A stretch of 64,000 bases of DNA, taken from assembly GCA_022813865.1 (NCBI GenBank), contig JALDZX010000041.1, positions 124,001 through 188,000 of the forward strand. The letters run 5' to 3'. Origin of the DNA: Xylographa opegraphella. Lineage: Eukaryota. Position 1 is the stretch's first letter. The number at the start of each line of letters is the position of its first letter. The notes beneath the pieces are model-generated. The model saw nothing but the letters and a program-made list of their open reading frames with translations. It was not told where the DNA came from and did no database searches. Positions 50,350 through 62,622 of this stretch are shown here, in pieces. A program made the translations under genes and the position numbers.

Positions 50350-53012
50350 GGGGGGGGGGGGGGCCACACAGCAAGATACAAGCACTGCAAGCCTGAGCCA
50401 CGTCAGAGCCGTTCGCTGCAACCTTGGAGGGTGTGAAAGGGGTGGAATTGGCCTTGGCCTGTCAAAGGGAGGATACTTTTCTGGGATGCGCATCTGTGGC
50501 AGAGGCGTAAGCGGATGGGGCCGGGGAGGGAGGAAAGAAGAAGATTAGGGATAAACTTGCTCCGACGAAGCTTGCGTCGCTTAGCCGGGGAATTACTGTG
50601 TATGCAGCATCGCGAGCGGTAGTGGCTTTTTCTCGCCCGGTGCGCTTGACACAAGCAGTAAAGGCAGTCACATTCCTGGCATGTGAAACGGTCGAATAGG
50701 GGCTACACGAAGGCTACTTCGTACATGAGGATTCGAAGGATCAGGGATGGGGCACGTTGACGGCGAGATTTCAAAAGCCCTTCACGCGCGTTTGATCGAT
50801 CGGGCACGTTTCATGCTGGCGAAATTACATGGATCCAGCACGACACCATTGGCTTCTGTGCTTGCACAAATTGGACTGTGCCAGACTCAAGCATTCGTTG
50901 AAGGCTCTCTGCACTCTCTCTGTTGAATAATGGTTGAATCATCACGATCCCAGGTAACTGACCGTTGACCGCAGGGGGCGCTGAAGCGTGCAGCGAATTG
51001 CAGCACCAATCAGACGACGACGGTTCCTTGCAGCCACCACGTTTAAGGTATTGAAGCTGTCCGGCTGAACTGGGGTGCCGACGACGCTATGATTGGTCAG
51101 CCGGCATTCGAGGCAGCGACCTTGAATTAGAGCGTCGGACTCGGTGTGAGTGTGCAAGATAAGAGCACCAAGGATCAGATTCTGGACAAGCTGGTTTGCC
51201 ATCGGTTGCCTGGTCATCGATCCCCATGGAGTCCCGTCGTGCAAGACAGGATCTTGTAGAAGTAAGTCCCTCCTCGGATGTGCCAAAAATCCCAGTTGTT
51301 GGACTGCTGGAGTCCACCATGAGGATTCAACGCCAATCGCAATCATCATCTGCTTGGATGCACACCTTGCAAACGGATCGTCTGGCTACGGAATGATTTG
51401 CGGATCCACATACTCCCATCCGAAGCTTTTACACCGAACTTCTAGCGCTCCAATGAGCAGCTGTCAACCGGAGTGCTCGGAGAGAGGCTGTTCACCAAGT
51501 GATCCATAGATGCTACTAACAAGACAAACGGGTATCAGAAACTAGTCGTCGCTCATGAAGCCGTGAAGAGGATAGCCACACCATGTTGATAGTATGTAGT
51601 GCAGCTTCCTGCCACATTAAATAGCGGTGGACACGTACAAAACTATTGAGGCAAAGTCTCAGCAGTGCGTTTACAGTCAATTTGTTGACAGCACCTGGAT
51701 TCCCAATGATTGAATGTGGTATTGACTTTCGAGAATCGGGCCATCGTAACAATCATAGGACAAATAGTATTTCGACTACTCTCCATGCTTCCATCTCTGA
51801 TCTGCAAGGACACAGCCTTAAAGCCAGAGTCTGGGCCAACTCGCCGAGTAATACGAGTACCATGATGAAAGAAAATCCTGTCCTAAGTAAGTGTGTTTTG
51901 GTAGAGCCTCGACAAGAATGGATAGCCAACAGCACATTCTAGACGATGTGGTGAACGATGTAGAGCACAAACCGGTTTGGGTTACATGCCGAAGACCAGC
52001 AACTTTGAACACATTGGATTTGCAATAGTCTCACAAACTACAGTGATACCCTAACCCGTATGGGCGGGCTCTGGACAGAACTGCCTGGCTCGTACGCTTC
52101 AGACAGCAAGCCCTAAGATACGAAAACATCCAGCCGATAGACCTCATGCTGCGGCTGGAAAGAGAGTGTCATCGGACCACAGGAAAGGACTCAAGGTTCA
52201 TTAGCAAACTCGGCCATGATCGAGGTTGAGTACGATGCCTCGACGACAAACGAGACTGTGGAAGACAAGACACACTGCGCAAGTTTGCCCGACGGGGCTT
52301 TCGAAGACAAAGCAATGCACAGGCACCAGCGTGACGAGCAAAAGCGTGACAATCCGAGGACAGACAAGTCGACGACCGAAGTCCATGAATGGTACATGAC
52401 TCGTCTTCAGTCGGTGAACAGCACCGTTGACGAGTTTGCACTCGTACATTTCGTGATGATCGTCTCCTGTACTACCAGCACGAGGAGGTATGCACGAATG
52501 GTCAGATGCAGACGAAGAAGAAGAACGAGTGTACCTGGTGACGGAGACCCCCCACATTTGCACGCTGATCAGCCTTGCGGCCCGCTCCATTCTCCACCGA
52601 GCACCCGAATTCCTGCGCATCATTCGCCCGTCGGAAGCACTGGCTACGGGGTCACCCAGACTAGCTGGCGCATGAAAGATGGAGTGCAGCTGATCGGTGT
52701 GGCATCACCTTTCGTATGAGCCTCCATTTTCTTTGTTCGTGCGTGCCTGTGCGAAAGGCTCCTCTACCTGGACTTGTGACACATCTCAAGGCCACCATCC
52801 GCGCCCTTAGTCCTTCGAGGCGCCACCAGAAAACACATTCCGAGCCCCAACTTGAATATATTGGCCTTGCGCACAAGCAACGACAAGCAATCGTTATATA
52901 TAGAGACTTCAAGCTTCTATAGTCCAGGTTCATGAGTGCTCACTGCGTCGGTATACTGGTACATGGCAGTCATAGGGCAGGGGGACCGCCTTCTGAATAG
53001 AGTGAGGTACTG

Positions 53013-56000
53013 ATGGTATGTATCGACGCTGCAGCTAATCACCAAACTCCAACTAAGTCATGCCAGGGTACCTTGAACCACAACGTGCAGCGATATGGCT
53101 TGACTGAGGTCTACACACCTATCCCTCCAACTTCGTCCCTAGTCGATGTTGTATTCGTGCATGGACTGAACGGCGACCCTCACAATACCTGGACGAGCAC
53201 TCCTAAAAACGTTTTCTGGCCTGCAGACTTACTTCCGCCGTTCATCGAGGAGCAAAAGGCTCGATTGCTAGTGTACGGGTATGATGCAGACGTTGCGTCG
53301 TTGGCCGGTAGCGGAGTCACAAAAGACAAGATTCACAACCATGCGGAAAGACTCGTGGCGGATCTATTCGCAAACCGTCGGGTACGTTGCTGAGACTTTG
53401 ATTCATGGCTAGATCATTTGCTAAGCGCTTCCTTTTCAGATCCGGAAGGCAACCGAACGACCCATTATTTTCGTCGCTCACAGTCTCGGTGGTCTGGTTG
53501 TCAAGAGAGCTTTGATATACTCCTCAGATATCACAGGCGTAAGGACGGAGCATTTGAGGTCCATCTTCGTCTCGACATATGGCATATTATTTCTAGGAAC
53601 GCCTCACAAGGGCTCGGATGTTGCCAGCTGGGGATCGTTTCTGGAATGGCTTTGCAGGGCGGTACCAAAGAAGGCGATTGATACTTCGGACCAATTGATC
53701 GAGGCTCTGAAGTCGAACAGCGAAACCTTACAGAATATTGACCGGCAATTTGCTCAACTCATCGAAAACTTTCATCTATTCTTCTTCCATGAAGCAAAGC
53801 CGACTGATTTCAAGAGTACACTCCGATTTGTAAGTGATTTTCACTCCTGCGATAAAACTGGTCCTGACCATCATAAGGTTGTTGAGGAGGAATCTGCAGC
53901 TCCGACACTGCCTGATGTAGAGCGAGCCGGTATTCAGGCCGACCATTCGCACATGTGTAAATTTGAAAATGAGTCATCCCCTGGATTTGACTTGGTGGTG
54001 GACGGGATTCAGCGATACTCAGAAGATGCACCGGCGACGATTGGAGCCCGTTGGACCTCGGAGCGCTCGGAGCGTAAGACGAACAGGATTCGTAAGGCCA
54101 TGGAGATCTTTCCAGGCGATCCAGGTGAGCCTTTCGAGTGGAGTTCCTGGAGAAGGAATGCTAATCAGCTTAGGTAGCTTGAGTATAATGCAGACACCCC
54201 CTTCAGATACAGCTAGCACTCCCAGTAAGCCCTTACCTTCTTTAGCGGCCAGGCCACAGATCGAGTATGAGATCACAGATGAGGACGAGGTTGATGTTGA
54301 AGTTCCTTCATTTGCTGGATATCGTACCTAAACGTAATCTGTCTAGCTGTCAGCGTTGGAGGGGTGCGAGCATTCTTGATTGCTGTGGAAGGAATTTTGT
54401 GCCTAAAGTACTCTCGCTTCAATAGCTGATTTTCTTGTGCACTTGTAGGTAGCTCAATACACGATCTTCGTGATTCCAAACTATTACCGAAGTCAGATTC
54501 TCCAAAGTCCAATAAAGGCTCCCTAGTATTACCTACCAAGCCAAGCGAACCTTATTACAGCGTGCCACCTGGATTTCGACCGAACACAATCTTCGTTGGA
54601 ATGGAACGAGAACTTCAGACACTAGATAAGAAGCTGTTCGATAAGAAGCGACGCTCAATTGGTACTGCATGCGCACTCATATATGCACAGGCTGGGGCCG
54701 GCAAGTCTCACCTTACACGGCAATATGTCACAAAAAATAGGAAAAAGTTTCCTGGTGGAGTTTTCTGGATCAATGCCTGGAGCTTTGAAGAACTATTTAA
54801 AGACTATTGGCAGATTGCACAAAAGTATGTATCCACAGATTCGCCAGATCAGCGAATATCTGGAGAAGAGACGGGAAGACAATTTGTTGATGTCGTCAAG
54901 GATTGGTTCGAAGGTCGGCACGAGTGGTTGATGGTTTTGGATGGCGTGAATATAGAGAAGGACGATGATTTCGATAAGCTGCAAAGGTTCATCCCAAACA
55001 GTCGCGACTCCAGCTTGATTTATGTGTCTAGAGCTAAAAGATTGGAGAGCCTAGAACGACTGCTTCGACCTCAAGCCATTAAAGTCAATCCACTCAAAGA
55101 TGATGACGCCCGAAAACTTCTTCTGAAATCGATACCCATATTACACCCTCGAGAAGCACAAATTCGAAGCGCAACAGAGCTAGTGAGGAAAGTCGGAGGA
55201 TTGCCATTAGCCATCAACGCTATAAGTTATCGAATTGCATATACCCACGAGCCACTAGAGAAGTATACGATCAGGTCGTACTCTGAAGATCACAAAATAG
55301 GGGGAAGATATCACGAGATTATGGACGATTTGCAAAAAAGAGGTCACATGGAAGCTTTCAATCTTGTTAACATCCTCTGCTTCTTCGGACCACACATTCC
55401 AGTAGAATTGGTACATCTGGGCCAGAAAACTCTGAGACATGCAAGAGTTAATGTAAAGTCAAGCGAAAATGGAGAGAAAGCTGATATTAATAATACCTTT
55501 GGCGTACTAATGCGGTACGGCCTCGTGGAGCGCAACGAACCCGATGACAAAGATTCGATGTCGAGCAGCCGAAGCAGCATGACAGACCCCGAACCGATCG
55601 ACATGCTTAAGATGCATATGGTTATTCAGAAGTTCTGTTGTGACCGACTAAACACATCCAATTTACTTCCTACGTGGTTGACCTATGCTGTTAGGTTGTT
55701 CTGTCACTCTTTCACAGAAGCTGACCAAATGATAAAGAGCCGACCAGAGCATGGCAGAGTTTCCGATTATCGAGAGTACCTTGTTCACGGAGAAAGGTTG
55801 CGTACTCATACTCTTGAATATGAGAGTAAAACACAGCTTCTCGGGAAACTTCGTACGGAGCTTGACCCCACTTTGCTTCTTATCAAAGAGGAGATCCAGA
55901 CCAGAGAGCCAGGCTCTTCCCAGGAGAGTGTAGCTCGAGCTGAGTTTCAGATATCTGTTTTCGACCGAACCAGCAGTAGCTCTAGTTCCGGACTTTCAGC

Positions 56001-57873
56001 GTCTGAAGTCAAAACACCCGGACGCAGACCGCCTCCCTTAGCACTCGTGGGCGAAAACGAGTATGGTATCCCGCTGACAAAGCCCTCGACCGATTCTCCA
56101 AGAAGCATAGGTACTATTTCTCCTGCTTACGGGCCGAGGATCTTAGATCACAGTCCTCATGCACGTTTCCCAGCCGTCTTTGATGATAATAGTAGCGAAA
56201 GGTCGTACCCAATGCAGCAGGGACTATCTGAAGATACAGTACGGGGACGAGCCATCAGTCACTCGAGCCAAACTCCTCGTTGGGAAGTGGTACCGCCACA
56301 CCAAAAGTTCAGAAGACCTGACTACACCCACGGCAATTTCGAACGAAGTCCTGCTAGGGCCCAACTTGTGAGAGAATATGCCACCGGCTCTGTAACCAGA
56401 CCGCCAACAGAAACTCGAGGCGTCCTTTCTGGCTCTTCCGACGCGGTGACGTCCCTGACAAGAGTACATCACGCCAGTCCACCGCCTTCACGAGGTTCTC
56501 TGTGGTCGAGAAGTCACTCCGGGAGATCACCGACATCTGCGCCTGCTCGACCAAGCTATGCTAGAGTACTTGCAGGACCAGTACATGGATACACCTCCGA
56601 TCCATCTCATATCCAAAATGGACCGCCACAGATCGGAGAAGGACTTGATACAACTCTGGATCCGGCTGGGAGCGGGCATCCGATCGAAAGTGCCTTCATT
56701 GGATTGTCGGAAGCACATCAACAATCACATTTGAGATTAGATTTTACGTCTTTCTCGCCAACAAGGCCACTCCATTCTACAACTGGAGAATCACAGTCCA
56801 TAGGGGACACATTCAAGTCTTCACGTGTATCGTCGGGTCTCAACTATGTCCATGGCGCACCATCATCGTCGTCCTCATTCCACGCATTGAATACACTCCA
56901 CGGCGAGAATGCCCATCCTAGATATGTTCGTCCCAACATATTAGGCCGGAATCCTCATCCTCTTCCAGTTGAGAGCAATATCAGTATCACTCCTCTGCGC
57001 TCCGTCCCAGATCACGATAACCACCATCAATTCCGAAGATATGATTCTTACGAGATGTCTCAAGCAGACATAGAGCCAAGTCTGCCGACTTACCCAAACA
57101 AATCTGCTGGGAGCTCTCCGGCAAGCCCCCCAGACATCCTGACGCTCAATGGCTATCGCTCTCAACCACTCTCCCGCGACCTGTCACAGATTTCGCAAGT
57201 CTCGGGCACAGCTACGGAGCCCATGCCTCCGCACCGGACTAGCATATCTCCTTATCTTAACTCCATTGCCGTGGACTCACCACGCATTCGGAATCTCGAC
57301 GGCTCTCCGGCCCACAAATCTCCCAAGTTGGGCTATTCCAATCCAATCCCGCCAGCCTCTTTCGTGGAGCAGAGTCCCGATGTAATGGTCAAGAGCGTAC
57401 CCGCCTTACTTTCCGGCGCTGGTGGCTGGACTTCCGCGCCGCGGGGACAGGACACCAGACGCATTTACCACTTCGCTGGCACGCACAGCGACTCATCTCC
57501 CATCGCCGGAGAAGCCAGTCCCATGTCTCGAACGGGATCGGGCCCTGGCATGAGGGTCGAGGGGCTCGGTATCGACGCTCTTGACAAAGAGGTGGTTTTC
57601 GGCGAGCAGGAGCCCGTCAGTGTGGCGGACGCCAGGCGCCGGATAATGGAATGGGAGGAACAACTGCAAGCGAAGAATAGAGGTACAGCCCGTGTGACTG
57701 GGCGGGCCACCGCCTCTAGCGCACTACCGCCCGTCGCCAGATTGACAGCTGGCGAGCGAGACGTCTTCGAGCGAGGGGCGGATGACACATTTGCTGGGCT
57801 GGGTATTTGGAGCCCGGAACAGATGCAAGGCCAGACCCCGTATCCGGAAGTCAATCGCATGCCGATCGAGTGA
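53013..57873 (+). CDS. Alpha/beta-hydrolase (SesB/DUF676-like lipase) + NB-ARC protein with long disordered C-terminus (NLR-like)
   Basis: Single-codon first exon ATG|GTATGT, then DVVFVHGLNG, AHSLGG nucleophile elbow, FLGTPHKGS, ADHSHMCKF. Walker A AQAGAGKS, Walker B WLMVLDGV, GGLPLAI, MHD-like LKMHMVIQ. Introns about 53016-53066, 53382-53439, 53830-53877, 54125-54173 and 54225-54448. Confidence 0.88.
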
Positions 57874-58273
57874 AGGCTCAGTACGACCAGAGCCGCTGTA
57901 TTAGGCCACAAAGCAACGGAAAAGCATATCGCAAGTTATTTCTATCATCTAACGTAATTTTTCTCTTATATCCCATTTCTCTTCCGCGCCACATCTGCAA
58001 GGGCCCAATAATGTTAGCATCAGGATTTGCATGGGTGTGTGGATTACCTAAAAGTCGGGACGACTGTATGAGGCTCATGCGCTGGCAGCTCATCGCATTT
58101 TTCCTGTTCGGTACGATGTGACGGAGCATATTTGATAGCGCTTTGGGAAGCCTTTTGGGCATCCAGCAGGCGCTGCATTGTGTGGTTGGCAAAGGGCCTC
58201 GATGGCACAGCATATAGAATTTTGGATAGTGTCGCGGAATGATTGAATATGTTCGCATACTGCAAGTACGATG

Positions 58274-58411
58274 AAGGGTGAATATGCGTTGTGATTAAGG
58301 ATAAGCATGGCATGTAATGAAGGATAAGTATGCACTGTAATGAGGGATAAGCATGGCCTGTACTGAAGGATAAGCATGCACTGTAAAGAAGGATAAACAT
58401 GGCCTGTAATG
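58274..58411. repeat. 23-bp minisatellite with alternating A/B units, each core unit carrying GATAA
   Basis: Five core units of AAGGATAAGCATG(GC/CA)(A/C)TGTAATG at 58297-58411 plus one degenerate unit at 58274-58296. Confidence 0.9.
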
Positions 58412-58591
58412 AAGCAGAATAACTCCCGCATGAAGCAGACTGCCTATTCGCGGTGCCCAGAGCGGTGTTGATGCCTCGCTGAGACTCGCAAATCGCTGTC
58501 ACCAGCAGGACCAGGAGAGTGCTTGCGAGGGTATATATAATGCAATTAGACAATCACTCCCAGGACTAGCAGAAGGCGGCCACATCGGGTG

Positions 58592-58670
58592 GTTCTGGTT
58601 CAAACTGTTAGCCTACCGATCGCCGACATTCACCAAAGACGCTCCGAGTTCGAATCCCGCCCTCCTCCTC
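58592..58670 (+). pseudogene. Degenerate tRNA-like / Pol III A+B-box relic
   Basis: A-box-like TGGTTCAAACTGTTAG and B-box AGTTCGAATCC at tRNA-like spacing, but T-stem and acceptor stem do not pair properly. Confidence 0.3.
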
Positions 58671-59370
58671 CTCCGACCGAATATTCCACACCGCATCACG
58701 AAATATAAGTCAGCATTAACCGATAACTGCAAACAGTCCTGCCTCAGAAGATAGGTTGTTTCATAACATATTCCCCCCGATCGGGGTATTTGAACTTTTT
58801 GCTGTTTTGCGCGCTGGGTGGCGCATTGTTGTTGCTCCTGCCTGTGCAGGCTTGGTTCTTTTTCTTGCACTTGCACTTGCTCTTTGGTCACTCTGGATTT
58901 CCAGCATCGTGGTGTCTTCTCATATAGCAATCATCAGGCTGGGCGTGTTGCTTGCGGCATAAGTGGTGTGGTTTATGCACCTTCGTGACGCCTGTCATAG
59001 GGCCTTCAAGCAACACAGGCTGCGAGCTGTAGAGCTGGGAATGCGACGAATATGAAAGATATAATTGACTACAACCCAACCATTCAGGTTTGACAACGCG
59101 TTTACTACACGTTACTGCTTCAACGGATTGTACATATAACAAGCAAAAAAAAAAAACCGATAAACCTGTTCACGACACATAGGGAAACTTGGAATTTACT
59201 GTATATTTATGTCCAGGCGGCAGATTCACTCCTACCTCCGAGCTGGGTGGCACATTGTTCGCTAACATCGATATCTCACAGCTATTCTTCGGTAGGTCGA
59301 GTGTGCTGTGGAGGAGGTGAGGTGCTGTGCGCCTGATGTGGTTTACGGGACTGACAGGGTTTATTTCTAG

Positions 59371-59409
59371 GGATACTGGTTGGATACTGGTTGGATACTG
59401 GTTAGATAC
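59371..59409. repeat. 11-bp tandem repeat (GGATACTGGTT) x3.5
   Basis: Read directly from the sequence. Confidence 0.9.
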
Positions 59410-60656
59410 AGTAGTCTGTGTATCGTTGCCGTGGTACGGTGGCTCTGATTCGCTTCGAGGATCCTTGTCATTACGTTGAAGGGGGGGTATGGGTATCAAT
59501 ACGAGGCTGCGTATTGCACCATGCGACAAGGATCAGGTAGAGGAGCCACAGCTTAAGTACGTTATTTGATTTCTCGCAGTTGTTAAGACTAAGAGGGGGA
59601 TAGTATCTCTACAGACTTTTCGTCGCGCTGCACCGTCCGTCAGAGTCCTCCTGTGCAGAAAATACCCACATACGCTTTGATTTACTTGCTGCCGACCGCA
59701 TTCGCGATTCTACATTCTCTTCCCTCGCAGCCGCCCCAAAGTCAACATTTTCATCCGATCGCGATCGAAACTCGTTGCGGCAGTGCCAAGTCGATGAGGC
59801 TTGGGCTTGAGATACCGCAAATACATTCGGAGGGGCGAGGGTAAATGGGTCTGTGTTGGGTCAAATACATTGTATGCGTTCGGACTCAGATCTGAGGTCA
59901 GAGTATCTTCCGTCTTTGTCTCAATCTGAACTGTGGGACTGGAAGTGGATCTGATCTGTCGGAATGTGGGCCATGGCGCTTTATGTGCTAGGCCTTGAGA
60001 AAGCTATTACACTCGTCCTTGTGACCAGGAAGATATCGGAAAGTGTTTACATTCTCGGCGAAGGGTGAACAACAGTTATTATTGTTTCTGACGAATGGAA
60101 AGTCAGCTTCAGCTGCAGCAACTTTATCTTTGCCTACCTGGTCAGCTACGTGACCTGCGCCTCTCTCACACGCGTACAGAGAACGTGCTTGTGATTACTA
60201 CTCTGTCTCCAACTCCTCGAATCCGTTTTGCTGGAAGACACGAGGATTGTAATATCGTGCCGTCGGCCACTTTAACAAGTCTAGATACTGAAGGCGGTGA
60301 TGGAAGAGGACTTCGAAATTGCGATGCGATTGGCGCAGACACTGTTCCGCTATACGCGATCCAGTGGCGCTCGGAACCTTCGTGACGACAGCTATCAGAA
60401 CGCTTAGCAAGAAACACGAGCATGCAACGGTTCTGTGACAGACAGACCTAGGGCCGGTATCGAATGTATCATATCGCGAACCAAGAGTTTTGCGCGAAAG
60501 CAGAGAAAGTCAGTGCGGACCACATGTCGAAGCAGTTGGTCCGTAACTTTCGCACCTGAATTTCACTTGGCTTTTATCTCGTGTCACTTCAATCATGTGA
60601 GAGTACAAGTATGTGCGATTTATCAAGATAGAGATCGGCAGTGCCCGAGACAAAAC

Positions 60657-61229
60657 ATGCTGTTCACCTATGTTCTGGTATTTATACTTACCTTCAAGGC
60701 TTTCGTATGCTCCACAACTACCATCACGTCATCACCAACAACGACGAGCTCCCCAAGTGCTACGCATGTGCCAGTCCCGGTCTTCATCGCCCTCACCCGG
60801 CCTCTATGCGTCTTGCAAAATGCCGATCCCAGATTCACTTTTCAGGTCGAGCAGATGCTCCTCGACCTCCGAGGCGACAACGTCCTGCCACCACAGTTCC
60901 GTCAGATCGTTCATGGCGACGGCCGCTCCATCTGGGTCGTCAACGCTGACCGATGCGAACTGCGGCTCACACCACGACTCAGCCAATCTCAGCTGATAGG
61001 ACTGCCCCGCTCTGTGATTGAGAGATTGTGGGCTTTGGGTTTGAAGGAGGCGATCAGGAACATCTACTTTGAGTGTGTGAAGAACGGCCATGTGGGCGGG
61101 GCGCAGGTGTGGTCGTGGCGGGGCACGGCGAACGAACCCGTGGTGGACGTTGAGGTTGCGATACTCAGAATGCACCAACGACGGGACGGATCTTGTTTTC
61201 CGAGGAGTAGGTCGTGTGTTATTTCCTGA
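60657..61229 (+). CDS. Small secreted cysteine-containing protein (about 190 aa)
   Basis: Hydrophobic signal peptide MLFTYVLVFILTFKAFVCS, Thr/Ser linker, and a domain ending IYFECVKNGHVGG. Good ATG context (AAAACATG). Confidence 0.65.
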   Translation: MLFTYVLVFILTFKAFVCSTTTITSSPTTTSSPSATHVPVPVFIALTRPLCVLQNADPRFTFQVEQMLLDLRGDNVLPPQFRQIVHGDGRSIWVVNADRCELRLTPRLSQSQLIGLPRSVIERLWALGLKEAIRNIYFECVKNGHVGGAQVWSWRGTANEPVVDVEVAILRMHQRRDGSCFPRSRSCVIS

Positions 61230-62622
61230 ACACTGAACGAGAAGTGGATCGGGAGGTTGGGATTGGGCGTTTGGGAGGTAGATCGCTTTGGAGAGGCAGA
61301 TCTCAGTGTGGACTTGGTGTAGGACGCACCATCTACCCTCGGATTGGCCACCTCCTCGGCCACATGGGCGAGAAACAAAGAGAACGGCATTGGGTTTTGG
61401 TGGCTTCTCTCACCTGTACTGAAGTAGCTGTACACTACTCACCCTTCTGTATCTAGACCTTTGACAAACAATACTTTTTGAAGCACAGGAAGATGACACC
61501 TGGCAACAGTAGATCACCAGCGGCTTCACATGCTATATGGAGTAACAAAATAATCTACGTACATCCAACTTGGAACTCGGCTCACAAGCTGATGGGTTCG
61601 ATTCTTTCGTATTCACGTAGTAATTGCCCAGGTGACTCATACAACTCGTCCGATAACGACCCTTACTACGTATTGTCAACAAGCCTGCTAAAAAGGATTT
61701 CTCGAAAATGTAAGCAATATCGCAAGCAGGGAAGTGATATCCTAATGTTCAAAGTACAATATTGCACAGAACTTTGCTATTTATCTTGTATACTACATCC
61801 ATCATCTCCTCCCTTGTTGCAAAACATTTCTTTCAGATGGAACCTTCAACGTACTCTAGAGCCACATGTGTGCCATGTACCGCCCGGTCCCGACCGCGTA
61901 TCTAGACAGACGACATATAAATCGTAATTTCCATAATCGACAGGCTCCAACTCTATGAACAAGAAAGCGCAGTAACGGCAAGCCCTCGAAGCATACTCAA
62001 CCCAGTCGGCTATCGACAGCCACACCATCCAAAACACCACGCATCTTCGACACCAGCAGAGGACAAGTAGCGCCAACGTCCGGAACTAATTAAAGTTGTC
62101 CTGACATGGCCCCAGGGAAATGCATCTCAGGAATCCCTACCACCTATATTCCTCCGAACCCTGCTTTTTGCGTGAAACCCGTCCTGCCGACAGGGGTGGT
62201 GGTGGCCCACTTGTGTGGTCCACACGCTTGTTTGGACTGCACTGAATGGTAAGGTAAAGCGTGAATATTGGTGCTTTGAGGTTTTCTTGGACTGCAGTTC
62301 GGAGGGAGAAGAGGTGTCGTTGAAGTGGGTACGTTGACGGACTACTTTCATAAATGGGTATATGAACGAATGTTTGGAGCCTGTGATGGGTATCTATTGC
62401 ACTGGTCGAGTACTACAGAGCTTGAGGAGCGCATATACAGACCTGAAAGGAAGATCGTTGGCCACTTTGGGCTACTGAAGGGTTCTACAACAGACTCTGG
62501 TTCGATAGAGGGTTTCTGAGTGTACGAAAATGGGAACATTTGAATTATATACACACCCCGAAGTCAAGAGCCTATGATGAATGTCCAGACACGACAGAAG
62601 GATTCACGCCGTCATGTTCCCC

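Noticed and set aside
52048..52057. ACCCTAACCC, a possible telomerase RNA template in a 2.6-kb gene-free region
   Set aside because: I could not find a U-rich/A-rich pseudoknot or a CR4/5 P6.1 element, and less than 1 kb remains before the next gene. A 10-mer alone is insufficient.
52201..52719. ORFs of 140-167 aa in the region before the NLR-like gene
   Set aside because: No recognisable domain or consistent exon structure. Left uncalled.
58274..58411. Repeat array as CRISPR-like
   Set aside because: Units are head-to-tail without unique spacers, in a eukaryotic context.
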